Assembly: GCA_045561055.1 (NCBI GenBank)
Contig: JBJKYL010000017.1
Location: 325,604-389,603 of the forward strand
Length of the DNA: 64,000 bases
Reading direction: 5' to 3'
From: Candidatus Rariloculaceae bacterium
Lineage (GTDB): Bacteria > Pseudomonadota > Gammaproteobacteria > Steroidobacterales > Rariloculaceae
Shown: in pieces, positions 9,509 to 19,114 of the stretch
Layout: each line of letters opens with the position of its first letter
Position numbering within the stretch: position 1 is the stretch's first letter
The notes under the pieces: generated by a model
The model's input: only the letters and a program-made list of their open reading frames with translations
What the model was told of the DNA's origin: nothing
Database searches by the model: none
Translations under genes and position numbers: made by a program

Positions 9509-10114
9509 CTAGTTTAGATTTTCAGCTATCCAAAACCGTGTACCAGCAACATCAGCAACTGCGATCAAACCCTTATCGGTAATCTGAAAAAAAGCGACAC
9601 CATCAATAAAGCTAGAGGTAACGTTTACGCCTTCCTGTCCTGCTGCAGCCTGCGCAGTCGCGCTCGAATCCCAACCGCCGTTCAAGAAGCTCTGGAGATG
9701 ATAGTCCTGCTCGAACATGACAATGAGGTCATATTTCTGAGCGCCAAGACCAAAACCAACACCAGCGCTACCCATACGCATATATGAACGGTCACCGGTA
9801 ACCCTATTTATAGCTACACCAGAACCTACGGCACCTGTGACCAAGAATCCGCCGGCCTTTGTAACCTCAAATACCGCATAGCCCACTGCCGGATCAAAAA
9901 GTATCTGCGCACTTAAGTTGGTCGCAAGTAAGTTATCCAAGGCAATCTGGGAACGAAGATCGATTTCCATCTGCCGTGCTTTTAGCTCGGCATCATCGAA
10001 TGACGTTCCACCGTCTTGCGCCACCACTGAGTTACAGCCGCTTATCGTTAACCCTAAAGTTACTATTTTCACAGCTAAATGCCGCATCCCCATAAACCGT
10101 CTCCTTCTATCCAT
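9509..10114 (-). CDS. Putative lipoprotein, SYLF/Ysc84-like lipid-binding domain (tentative)
   Basis: Lipobox LTISGC. The Gly-rich core GAVGSGVAINRV...MGSAGVGFGLGAQKYDLIVMF...ITDKGLIAVADVAGTRFW resembles my recollection of the SYLF domain. The true start may be the internal MRHLAV. Confidence 0.5.
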   Translation of the reverse strand: MDRRRRFMGMRHLAVKIVTLGLTISGCNSVVAQDGGTSFDDAELKARQMEIDLRSQIALDNLLATNLSAQILFDPAVGYAVFEVTKAGGFLVTGAVGSGVAINRVTGDRSYMRMGSAGVGFGLGAQKYDLIVMFEQDYHLQSFLNGGWDSSATAQAAAGQEGVNVTSSFIDGVAFFQITDKGLIAVADVAGTRFWIAENLN

Positions 10115-10801
10115 TTACGTTACTAGAAAACCAGTAATCTGGTAACCCATAAGCGCAAAACCGGCCGCCATTAGTCCCACGTTCGTAGCATAGGCGTAGC
10201 GTAAAAACTTCCCTGAAGCTCGCCACACATTAAAGCCGATCAAGATAACACTGAGCGCCAGAAACTGGCCTATTTCAACTCCCACATTGAATGACACCAT
10301 ATTGGTGACCAATCCGTCTTCGGAAATAGCGTAATCCTGTAACTTTGTAGCCAATCCAAAACCGTGAAAAAAACCAAATATTAATACCGCAAGTTTAATG
10401 TTGGGTTCGTAGCCCAGTTTTCGAAACCCGCCTAGATTCTCAAACGCTTTATAGACTACCGAAAGCCCAATAATTGCATCTACTATATAGGCATTAACAT
10501 GCAATCCGCCAAGCACACCGATAAGAAGCGTGGTGCTATGTCCAACCGCAAAGAGAGTGACATAAAGAGCAACATCCCTAAGTCGATAGAGAAAAAAGAT
10601 GACGCCAGCGAGAAACAATAGATGGTCATATCCCGTAACCATATGCTTAGCGCCGAGATATATATACGGGCCGATCTGCGCGCCAACATTATTAATGACA
10701 AACGCTTGATCGGCTCCTGTAATACCATGGGCCGACACTGCCATAGATAACAGCGCGCCCAAGCCAATTCCCACAATGGCCTTCAGGATTCGCATAAGCA
10801 C
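10115..10801 (-). CDS. HupE/UreJ-family membrane protein (putative Ni/Co transporter)
   Basis: 228 aa. The signal peptide ends AVSA|HGITGADQ, giving a mature N-terminal His. GYDHLLFLAGVIFF motif and about 6 TM segments. Confidence 0.7.
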   Translation of the reverse strand: MLMRILKAIVGIGLGALLSMAVSAHGITGADQAFVINNVGAQIGPYIYLGAKHMVTGYDHLLFLAGVIFFLYRLRDVALYVTLFAVGHSTTLLIGVLGGLHVNAYIVDAIIGLSVVYKAFENLGGFRKLGYEPNIKLAVLIFGFFHGFGLATKLQDYAISEDGLVTNMVSFNVGVEIGQFLALSVILIGFNVWRASGKFLRYAYATNVGLMAAGFALMGYQITGFLVT

Positions 10802-10923
10802 CTATTGTAGCTGATCACGGTTCAGTTAGCGGCATATATCCGGTCATTTGTCTATAATCCGCGTACTGGGCTCGTTTCAGTCGATTATTACGATAACAAA
10901 ACTGTTTAGGATTCGTCATTAAA

Positions 10924-11943
10924 ATGCGTACACAGCTCCCCAAAGAGATCCTCCGTCTCGCTCGATGGTTCTGTCTGTTCACCGCCTATCTTGGCGTAAT
11001 TAGCCTATCTCAAGCACAGACGATTCTCAGAGCCTCGCATCAATGGCCGGGCGGTACCGGAGATATCCGCGACGAAATGATCCAGCTAATTGCTCGCGAA
11101 GTCGCAGCAGCTGACGTCGATCTCGAAATTCGCGTTTATCCAGGACAGTCGCTATACAAGGCGGCAGATCAGTGGTCTGCAATTGTTCGTGGCCAACTGG
11201 ACCTAACAGCCCTTCCCTTAGATTACGCGAGTGGCCGGCACCCACAGTTCAATGCAACTCTGATGCCGGGCCTTGTAAAAAACCACGACCATGCACGACG
11301 TCTAAACGACTCTGATTTTATGGATAGCATCCGTAAAATAGCTCAAGATCAGGGAGCAATCGTTATTGCGGATGCCTGGCTTGCCGGCGGATTCGCGTCA
11401 GCACAAAACTGTATCTTGGCACCGGAAGATATTAGTGGGCAAGTCACACGCGCTGCAGGGCCCGCTTTCGAGCGAATGCTGGCTGCAGCCGGTGGGTCAA
11501 TAGCCTCCATGCCAAGTGCTGAGATTTATACCGCGATGCAAACAGGCGTATTAGACGCAGCTAACACAAGCTCTGCTAGCTTTATGTCCTATCGCATCTA
11601 TGAGCACACTGAATGCCTCACGGCCCCCGGTGACAACGCCTTGTGGTTCATGTACGAACCCGTACTTATCGCAAAACGACGTTGGGACCGACTAAATGAC
11701 GAACAGCGAACCGCGATTTTGAGCGCTGGGCAGGTAGCGGAAGATTACTTCTTTGAAGAGGCCAAGCAACTCGACATAACGATGGAAGATGTTTTTCGAG
11801 ATGCTGGTGTTGAAGTCGTCCACATGAGCCAGGAGCATGCGGAGGCTTGGCGTAATATTGCTCTAGAAACGTCTTATAAAGCCTTCGCGGAAGATGTCCC
11901 AGGTGGTGGGCAGCTAATCGAACAAGCACTTGCCGTCGAGTGA
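10924..11943 (+). CDS. TRAP transporter substrate-binding protein (DctP family)
   Basis: 339 aa with a signal peptide and a DctP-like pattern (...SMPSAEIYTAMQTGVLDAA...). Followed by small and large TRAP permeases with overlapping stops and starts. Confidence 0.85.
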   Translation: MRTQLPKEILRLARWFCLFTAYLGVISLSQAQTILRASHQWPGGTGDIRDEMIQLIAREVAAADVDLEIRVYPGQSLYKAADQWSAIVRGQLDLTALPLDYASGRHPQFNATLMPGLVKNHDHARRLNDSDFMDSIRKIAQDQGAIVIADAWLAGGFASAQNCILAPEDISGQVTRAAGPAFERMLAAAGGSIASMPSAEIYTAMQTGVLDAANTSSASFMSYRIYEHTECLTAPGDNALWFMYEPVLIAKRRWDRLNDEQRTAILSAGQVAEDYFFEEAKQLDITMEDVFRDAGVEVVHMSQEHAEAWRNIALETSYKAFAEDVPGGGQLIEQALAVE

Positions 11944-12479
11944 TCCAGAGAACCCTTACTGATAACGTTGTAAACGCGGTACACACACTGTCGCGCGCCT
12001 GTGGAACACTGGCGGCCCTGTGTCTGGCTAGTGCCTGCGTCGTTGTCTGTCAAATGGTAGTGGTTCGCTACATACTCGGTAGCTCAACGATCTGGCAAAA
12101 CGAATTTGTCACTTTCGCGGTCGTTGCTGCAACGCTGTTTGGTAGCCCTTATGTGTTGCTCACTAAAGGTCACGTTAACGTTGACCTTTTACCCCACTAC
12201 CTCGGACCCTCGGCAAAGCGATGGCTAGCGTTATTCGCATCCTCACTCGGTTTTCTTGCGTGCGCGACACTGTTCTGGACAGGCTGGCAGTATTTCCATG
12301 AGGCCTGGGCAGCCGGTTGGGTAACCCCATCCCTCTGGGGGCCACCCTTATGGATCCCCCTGTTGCCACTACCCATTGGCCTTGGACTCCTTACGTTACA
12401 GTACGCGGTCGATATATTCTGCCTCGCGACACACCGAGAGATGCCCTTTGCCCCCTCCCCTGAAGCGGGTGATCTATGA
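11940..12479 (+). CDS. TRAP transporter small permease (DctQ family)
   Basis: 179 aa with 4 TM segments. GTGA overlap with the upstream binding-protein gene and a 4-nt overlap with the large permease. Confidence 0.85.
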   Translation: MIQRTLTDNVVNAVHTLSRACGTLAALCLASACVVVCQMVVVRYILGSSTIWQNEFVTFAVVAATLFGSPYVLLTKGHVNVDLLPHYLGPSAKRWLALFASSLGFLACATLFWTGWQYFHEAWAAGWVTPSLWGPPLWIPLLPLPIGLGLLTLQYAVDIFCLATHREMPFAPSPEAGDL

Positions 12480-13792
12480 GCCCGCTTACTATTGGTGCAT
12501 TAATCAGTGTTACCACAATTTTGGTTTTGGCGACGGGCATACCGGTCGCATTTGGGCTCGCTATCGTGGCAATGGCTTTTCTGGTGATATTCGACGGTTT
12601 TTTCAGCCTTGGCTTCGTTGGCGAGCTATTCTTCTCTGGGCTCGCGGATTTCACATTAGTTTCTATTCCAATGTTTATCGCAATGGGTGCTGCCGTTGCC
12701 TCTTCCCCGGCCGGTGGCGATCTCTACGGCGCCCTCGACCGATGGCTGAATCGTATACCCGCTGGTCTCGCTATATCGAATCTCGGTGCCTGCTCTATCT
12801 TTGCCGCGCTGAGCGGATCGTCACCGGCAACTTGCGCCGCCATCGGTAAGATGGGCATTCCAGAAATGCGCAAACGGGGTTATCCCGACGGTCTTGCTAC
12901 GGGTTCAATTGCTGCAGGCGGAACTCTCGGAATTTTAATACCACCAAGCGTCACGATGATCGTCTACGGAATCTCGACGGGAACATCAATAGGTCGCCTT
13001 TTTATTGCTGGTGTTATCCCAGGTTTGATGTTGACATTAATGTTCATCGCTTGGTCTGTGTTTTATGCCTCAAGCAATAGCTCGGGCATGACCCGCGGCA
13101 GCCGAACTTATAACCTCCGTGAGAAACTGGAACTTGCTCCACGCGTTCTACCGTTTTTGCTACTGATCGGGGGGATTCTTTATGTGCTTTACGGCGGTGT
13201 AGCAACACCTTCAGAAGCAGCAGGCGTCGGTGCGATGATGTGTTTTGTGCTGATTGCGGTTATTTATAAAGTGTGGCAGCCGAAGAAAATATGGGGGATT
13301 TTGAAGAGTAGTACACGTGAGAGCGTTATGGTGATGATGATCATCGGTGCGGCGGCAATATTTAGCTACACGCTCTCGAGTCTCTTTATTACTCAATCTA
13401 TTGCAGAGTGGATAGCTGCTCTTGAAGTGAATCGCTGGATTTTACTCGGCGCAATTAACGTCTTTTTACTCATTGCAGGATTCTTTTTGCCCCCTGTTGC
13501 TGTCATTGTTATGACTGCACCGATTTTGCTCCCACTGATTACACAAGCCGGCTTCGATCCATATTGGTTCGCTGTCATTCTTACGATCAATATGGAGATC
13601 GGTTTAATCACTCCACCAGTAGGGTTAAATCTTTACGTTATAAATGGTATTGCACCTGACGTAGGCCTTCCAAAAATTTTGGCCGGTGCCCTCCCCTTTG
13701 TATTTATTATGATCTTAGGCATTTTTCTATTATGTGTTTTTCCAGAAATTGTCACCTGGCTACCAGACCTTTTAATGGGGCCGGGCACATAA
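12476..13792 (+). CDS. TRAP transporter large permease (DctM family)
   Basis: 438-aa polytopic membrane protein in canonical P-Q-M order. Confidence 0.9.
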   Translation: MSPLTIGALISVTTILVLATGIPVAFGLAIVAMAFLVIFDGFFSLGFVGELFFSGLADFTLVSIPMFIAMGAAVASSPAGGDLYGALDRWLNRIPAGLAISNLGACSIFAALSGSSPATCAAIGKMGIPEMRKRGYPDGLATGSIAAGGTLGILIPPSVTMIVYGISTGTSIGRLFIAGVIPGLMLTLMFIAWSVFYASSNSSGMTRGSRTYNLREKLELAPRVLPFLLLIGGILYVLYGGVATPSEAAGVGAMMCFVLIAVIYKVWQPKKIWGILKSSTRESVMVMMIIGAAAIFSYTLSSLFITQSIAEWIAALEVNRWILLGAINVFLLIAGFFLPPVAVIVMTAPILLPLITQAGFDPYWFAVILTINMEIGLITPPVGLNLYVINGIAPDVGLPKILAGALPFVFIMILGIFLLCVFPEIVTWLPDLLMGPGT

Positions 13793-13847
13793 ACAAAACA
13801 TAGGCAAGATAATTTATGCAAACAATAGGTGCTAGAATAGGTGTCCT

Positions 13848-14492
13848 ATGAATGACAACTCACCAATATCGGCGACAGAACCGACCTCTGCGAGACGTTT
13901 GATAATCGGATCAATAACTGCTGCCGTGGTTGCAGTTCTTCTACTTTTAACGGTGGTCCTACCAGCGCAATATGGTATAGATCCGACAGGAATTGGTCGA
14001 CTCACTGGGATCACTTCATTGAGCAATGCAGGTAGCCAAACTTTTGAGATCACGGACATCATCGGTGGCAACGAAGTTATCCGAACGGTCGAAATTCCAG
14101 ATGCCGGTGAACCGACACCTTTACCCAACCCCGCGGTTTTTCAGCAAGGAGATGGACCACCCCGGAGCGAAACGCTCGAAATTTCGATCGGTGCGTTTGA
14201 AGAAACGGAGGTGAAAGCTGTTTTGAACGAAGGTAAGATGATTGTCTTCTCGTGGGAAGTTAGCCAAGGTGATATTTATTCCGACTACCATGGACATGAC
14301 CCGTCGCTCGGGAGCGAATTTTGGGTACGATATCGCGAACAAATGGAAGGTTCTAACGGCGAAGGGTCGCTAGTTGCACCGTTCGGTGGTGAACACGGTT
14401 GGTATTGGCTTAATTACAACGAGTTCCCAGTCGTCGTGACGTTAAAGGTGACCGGCTATTTCGAGAATCTTGTCGACTACGGTATTTTCTGA
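13848..14492 (+). CDS. Membrane-anchored hypothetical protein
   Basis: 214 aa. One N-terminal TM (LIIGSITAAVVAVLLLLTVVL), then a soluble beta-rich domain. Its TGA is immediately followed by the gloB-like ATG (TGAATG). Confidence 0.55.
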   Translation: MNDNSPISATEPTSARRLIIGSITAAVVAVLLLLTVVLPAQYGIDPTGIGRLTGITSLSNAGSQTFEITDIIGGNEVIRTVEIPDAGEPTPLPNPAVFQQGDGPPRSETLEISIGAFEETEVKAVLNEGKMIVFSWEVSQGDIYSDYHGHDPSLGSEFWVRYREQMEGSNGEGSLVAPFGGEHGWYWLNYNEFPVVVTLKVTGYFENLVDYGIF

Positions 14493-15284
14493 ATGATTGT
14501 CGAACAAATTTGGACCAACAATGCCTATCGAAACTTTAATTACCTGATAGCGTGCGAGGAGACAGGAGAAACGCTTGCTGTCGATCCATTAGACCATGAA
14601 AAATGTTTATCCGCCGCGAAGGACCGCGGTTGGGAAATCACCCAAATCGTTAATACACACGAGCATGAAGATCATACCGGCGGCAACTCAGCTATGATCG
14701 CTGCGACGGGCGCCAAATTATTAGCGCACGCGAACGCAACAAATAAAATTCCGGGTATAGACTTTGGTCTATCTGCCGGGGACATCATCAAGGTCGGCAA
14801 ACGGATCGAACTCGAGGCACTAGACACGCCGGGCCATACAATGAGCCACGTCTGCTTACTTTCCCACTCTGATAATCCCGGGCTCTTCTGCGGTGATACC
14901 CTCTTTAATGCTGGCGCTGGTAATTGTCATAACGGGGGGCACCCAAACGAGCTCTATGAGACATTCGCTGCACAACTCGAAAAGCTTAGTGATACAACGC
15001 AGATCTACCCAGGACACGACTACATTGTAAATAATCTCGAGTTCACACTAGATCGCGAGCCTGACAATACTCAGGCACAGCAGTTGTTAAATACCATTAA
15101 GGATCAAGATCCGAATGAGGCACTGATAACAACCCTCAGCCTCGAAAAAACGGTTAACACCTTCTTTCGGCTGCAGAATCCAGTCGTAATAGAGCAGCTT
15201 CGGGCATCATTTCCTGATATTCCGGACGTTCCCGACGCCCGAACTGTTTTCCTTAAATTACGTGAGCTTCGGAATAGCTGGTAG
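14493..15284 (+). CDS. gloB: Hydroxyacylglutathione hydrolase-like MBL-fold hydrolase
   Basis: 263 aa with THEHEDHTGGN (the HxHxDH motif), TPGHTMSH, FCGDTLFNAGAGN, YPGHDYIVNNLEF and the C-terminal VNTFFRL. It aligns along its length with my recollection of E. coli GloB. Confidence 0.75.
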   Translation: MIVEQIWTNNAYRNFNYLIACEETGETLAVDPLDHEKCLSAAKDRGWEITQIVNTHEHEDHTGGNSAMIAATGAKLLAHANATNKIPGIDFGLSAGDIIKVGKRIELEALDTPGHTMSHVCLLSHSDNPGLFCGDTLFNAGAGNCHNGGHPNELYETFAAQLEKLSDTTQIYPGHDYIVNNLEFTLDREPDNTQAQQLLNTIKDQDPNEALITTLSLEKTVNTFFRLQNPVVIEQLRASFPDIPDVPDARTVFLKLRELRNSW

Positions 15285-15355
15285 GTCTAGCGAAAAAAGG
15301 GCAAAGAATGGTAGGCTAGACATTCATTCTCGTCCTAGTCGAAAGGAGTAGCTCT

Positions 15356-15730
15356 ATGTGCTTTTTCGGTAAGACTTTGGCACTCACAATCGGTATTCTC
15401 ACTGTAATGCTCTCCGGTACTGCAGTAGCTCACCACGGTTGGTCCTGGTACACAAATGGGGACTTCTCGCTGACCGGCGTAATCGCCGAGAAACATTTCG
15501 GTAATCCCCACGACCGTCTCACCATTGAGGCAGACGGCCAAATGTGGAATATCGTTCTCTCGACCCCAAGCCGTAGCCGGCGGGCAAACTTTGGCAATAA
15601 TAACGTCTCGGTCGGCGATGAGGTGACAGCATTCGGCCACCGCCATGCAGACGGCACCACATTAGAAATGAAAACCGAACGGCTTAAGGTAGGCGAAATA
15701 CTTTTCGACCTCTACCCGAACCGAAATTAA
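15356..15730 (+). CDS. Short-form secreted His-His/NPH-motif protein (paralogue S1)
   Basis: 124 aa. The signal peptide ends TAVA|HHGW, and FGNPH lies 11 residues after a conserved Gly. Same architecture as 51624..52001 and the N-domains of three longer ORFs. I believe this is a Pfam DUF (my recollection is DUF6152), unverified. Confidence 0.75.
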   Translation: MCFFGKTLALTIGILTVMLSGTAVAHHGWSWYTNGDFSLTGVIAEKHFGNPHDRLTIEADGQMWNIVLSTPSRSRRANFGNNNVSVGDEVTAFGHRHADGTTLEMKTERLKVGEILFDLYPNRN

Positions 15731-15853
15731 CCGGCTCTAATGAACCTCTCGCTCGGACCCAGGATTCCAATGGGTTTCTGCCCGTACCGGGCTGTTCTTC
15801 CTATCGTTTCATGAGTGGCTAGTTCTAGATAGTATCTGGGGGTACCAATCTAT

Positions 15854-17266
15854 ATGAGGATACTCGTGTCACTATCGGAGACACTAAGGAATCAATGTAG
15901 CCTAATTGTTAACGTTACCTGCTGCTCTATTGTCTCACTATCCATGTGTACCGCAATAAGCCAGGAGTCTTCTGACTACGCCTTCACCCACGTTAACGTC
16001 CTTACAATGGATTCCGCCGACGTGTTGTTGGACCAGACTGTTGTAATCTCTGGAGAGAAAATAGTAGCAATCGGTGCAACCGAGAGTGTCCCGGTTCCCC
16101 ATAACGCCCTTATTATTGATGCCCCTGGCCGCTATCTCATGCCCGGATTGGCTGAGATGCATGGACACGTTCCTGGAAATGATGACCAGCAATACCTGAA
16201 AGACGTACTTTTTCTCTATATAGCTAATGGCGTTACAACCGTTCGCGGTATGCAGGGTGAGCCTAGCCACCTTGAGCTGCGGGCACAACTAGCAAACCAC
16301 GAAATATTGGGACCGCGTTTTATTACATCCGGACCCGGACTTCGTGGTAGCTCGCTCGCCGGCCCCGATGATGCAAGACAAACGGTACTAGCCCAGGCGA
16401 GCGCCGGTTACGACTTCATTAAGCTCCTTCCCGGCCTATCCCAATCTGAGTTTAATGCGGTCGTAATAGCGGCAAATGAAGTAGATATTTCTATTGCTGG
16501 CCACGTATCAGTAGACGTGGGCGTCAGCGGAGCCTTGGACGCGGGGCAAGCTACGATCGATCATCTTGATGGCTACATCCAATATCTGTTACCCCCCGAA
16601 ATAGACCACTCGAAAATTCCCGCAGGTTATTACGGCGTCAACTTACTGGATCTCGTGGATGAAAATCGAATTACTCAGGCTGCTATTGACACTAGGAAAG
16701 CCGGTGTTTCTATAGTACCCACGCAAGCTTTAATCGAACACACCGCAACACCGAGCCCCACGGCGCAGGAGCGAGCTGCTCTTCCTGAAATGGCGTATAT
16801 GCCACCAGAAATCATACAGCGCTGGGTTGAATCTAAAGAACGTAACATTGGGAGAATGCCCGATGTTCCTGAGGCCGCTAGTCACCTGCAAAACATCCGT
16901 AAGCGATTAATAAAAGCAATGCACGATGAGGGTGTCAACCTATTGCTCGGCTCCGATGCCCCACAAACATTTAACGTACCGGGGATATCTCTCCATCAAG
17001 AGCTTAAACTGATAATTGAGGCAGGACTTTCCCCCTACGAAGCATTGCTCACTGGAACAGCTGCGCCGGCAGAGTTTTTTGATCTAGATGACGAGTTCGG
17101 AAGAATTCGCACTGGTCTTGCTGCGGACTTGATACTCGTGGAAAACAATCCGTTGGAGAATATCGACGCTGGAAACTACCCGCTTGGCGTGATGGTTAGA
17201 GGTATTTGGCTAGATCGCGCAACACTAGACGATGGGCTCGCGACAATCGCGGCTCGGCATCGTTAA
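15854..17266 (+). CDS. Amidohydrolase-family metal-dependent hydrolase
   Basis: 470 aa with LMPGLAEMHGHVPG (HxH), ...IAGHVS..., LLLGSDAP and GRIRTGLAADLILVENNPLENI, a typical amidohydrolase tail. The N-terminus and signal peptide are unclear. Confidence 0.8.
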   Translation: MRILVSLSETLRNQCSLIVNVTCCSIVSLSMCTAISQESSDYAFTHVNVLTMDSADVLLDQTVVISGEKIVAIGATESVPVPHNALIIDAPGRYLMPGLAEMHGHVPGNDDQQYLKDVLFLYIANGVTTVRGMQGEPSHLELRAQLANHEILGPRFITSGPGLRGSSLAGPDDARQTVLAQASAGYDFIKLLPGLSQSEFNAVVIAANEVDISIAGHVSVDVGVSGALDAGQATIDHLDGYIQYLLPPEIDHSKIPAGYYGVNLLDLVDENRITQAAIDTRKAGVSIVPTQALIEHTATPSPTAQERAALPEMAYMPPEIIQRWVESKERNIGRMPDVPEAASHLQNIRKRLIKAMHDEGVNLLLGSDAPQTFNVPGISLHQELKLIIEAGLSPYEALLTGTAAPAEFFDLDDEFGRIRTGLAADLILVENNPLENIDAGNYPLGVMVRGIWLDRATLDDGLATIAARHR

Positions 17267-17337
17267 TGAGAAACGTTAAATATATGCCGGGCGTAAGGAA
17301 GCGTTCCTCATGGTACCAGCTAAATTAAAAAACCCGC

Positions 17338-17775
17338 ATGTGGACACAAACTCGAATATGGATCGCTGCTACGGCCATCGCTATCGGGTCAATAGCGCTT
17401 CTGCTTATTTCAGTCGGAGTATTCCTAGACTTACCGCGAGTTGTCGAGAAAACACTCGTCGAGCCCGATAAATCATATTCTCCAACAAGTGAAACATGTA
17501 CATTTCGCGTGTCTGGAACCGTGAAGAATAGTGACGGTCAGCCAATCGCATCGGCTATCATCGAACTCAAAGAAGATGGTCCATTTGCTACAAACGGCCG
17601 CACCGCCACTACGAATTATGCTGGACGTTTTCTCTACACAGAATCGGGTTATGGTACCTGCTTTATGGAGGATCTTTTTCCGACCGTTCTAAGTCAAGGT
17701 CACCTGCCTTGGTCAAGAGATACGGCAGCAACAAACAATGAGGCTTTTGAAATCGTGCTTTCGCTTCCCTACTAA
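17338..17775 (+). CDS. Membrane-anchored hypothetical protein (possible carboxypeptidase-regulatory-like beta-sandwich)
   Basis: 145 aa. N-terminal TM, then FRVSGTVKNSDGQPIASAIIELKEDG, which resembles CarboxypepD_reg-type domains. Weak call. Confidence 0.4.
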   Translation: MWTQTRIWIAATAIAIGSIALLLISVGVFLDLPRVVEKTLVEPDKSYSPTSETCTFRVSGTVKNSDGQPIASAIIELKEDGPFATNGRTATTNYAGRFLYTESGYGTCFMEDLFPTVLSQGHLPWSRDTAATNNEAFEIVLSLPY

Positions 17776-17830
17776 TTTCTAGCGTTAGCATCACCTAACC
17801 AATCAGTACGTAATCTAGATAAGGAGAAAA

Positions 17831-19114
17831 ATGATGTCAAAAACAAGCGTTTTTCGGTACCCACAGCTCTGTTTATGGGCACTACTCTCTTCCGCGTTTT
17901 CTCACTCAGCAGAACTCACAGAGCAGATATATGACCGTAGCGTCTATTTTTCTAATCTAGACACTGATAACAACGAATTTTTAGCAAAGGGTGAATATAA
18001 CGGCACACCACAACTGTTCGAGGCGATGGATAATAATAGCGACGGTCTAATCAGCAAGGACGAAGCAAAATATATGATTACGTTTGCTGATATTCCCTCG
18101 GGTGGTTTTACAATGGGCACAGAAAGCACTACGCCTACTGTCGTCCCTCTTCGAAATGCCGGCCCGGAGCATACGGTTTCTGTTGACGGGTTTCAGATGG
18201 CGCATACTGAAATCACGACCGCGCAGTATGCCCGTTTCCTAAACTCAGCCCTTAAAGAGGGAAAAATAACGGTTTCAAGAGCCAACTCTGGCCCCGCTCG
18301 TATCGTTTATCCACTTCCTATCTGGTCAGTTTATGGGGCGCCGGGAACTGAACATGAAGGAAAGCTATACAATGCCATTAGTCCGGTTTCCGGCCTATCG
18401 CACATTAGGGCACAGGGGCACCCACACCTCATTCCTGAGCATCCACTAAACCAATCATGGATAACCTATATACCCGAGATCGAGCAGTTTACCGTTGCCT
18501 TAGGCTTCGAGGACTGGCCCGCAGCATTTATAAGATGGTACGGGGCGATGGCATTTGCCGACTACTACGGGCTATCACTTCCCACGGAGGCCGAATGGGA
18601 ATATGTCGCCCGCGGCGGCATGCAATTTAGATTCGCTACAAGTGATGGAACGATTGGCTGCAGTGTCGCTAATTATCGGTGCTATAACGGGATGCAAAGA
18701 CAAAATTATACGGGAGTCGATACACCTAACGAATATGTAGGTCATAGGGTTAACGTAGGTAGCTATCCCGCAAACCCTTTCGGAATATTCGATTTAGCGG
18801 GAAACGTATGGGAGTGGTGCCTTGACTGGTATGACGAGAACTTTTATCAAAACCTCGTAGACAATAAGATTGTCCGTAATCCTATCAACCTAACCGGAAT
18901 CGAGCCACCAACCGGTATATTGGTAACGGGTCCAGCGGGCAGCAATGAAAACTCTCCTGATGCGCGCGTAACTCGAGGCGGCAGTTATCAATACCATGAA
19001 ACTACAACAGAAACAGCTTTCCGAAACGGTATGTACCCCTTCCGAGGAAATGATCATTGGGGATTTCGTGTTGTTATACGCTCATCATCGACCGTTTTTA
19101 ATGGCAATGAATAA
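17831..19114 (+). CDS. Secreted EF-hand + formylglycine-generating-enzyme (SUMF1/FGE-sulfatase) domain protein
   Basis: 427 aa. Signal peptide, two EF-hand-like loops (DTDNNEFLAKGE, DNNSDGLISKDE), then LPTEAEWEYVARGG, GNVWEWCLDWY and RVTRGGSY, which are typical of the FGE domain. Confidence 0.75.
   Translation: MMSKTSVFRYPQLCLWALLSSAFSHSAELTEQIYDRSVYFSNLDTDNNEFLAKGEYNGTPQLFEAMDNNSDGLISKDEAKYMITFADIPSGGFTMGTESTTPTVVPLRNAGPEHTVSVDGFQMAHTEITTAQYARFLNSALKEGKITVSRANSGPARIVYPLPIWSVYGAPGTEHEGKLYNAISPVSGLSHIRAQGHPHLIPEHPLNQSWITYIPEIEQFTVALGFEDWPAAFIRWYGAMAFADYYGLSLPTEAEWEYVARGGMQFRFATSDGTIGCSVANYRCYNGMQRQNYTGVDTPNEYVGHRVNVGSYPANPFGIFDLAGNVWEWCLDWYDENFYQNLVDNKIVRNPINLTGIEPPTGILVTGPAGSNENSPDARVTRGGSYQYHETTTETAFRNGMYPFRGNDHWGFRVVIRSSSTVFNGNE

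Noticed and set aside
12376-12849. 157-aa plus-strand ORF overlapping the dctQ/dctM junction
   Set aside because: It is an alternative frame of the two TRAP permease genes. It is Arg/Cys/Trp-rich nonsense with no start context.
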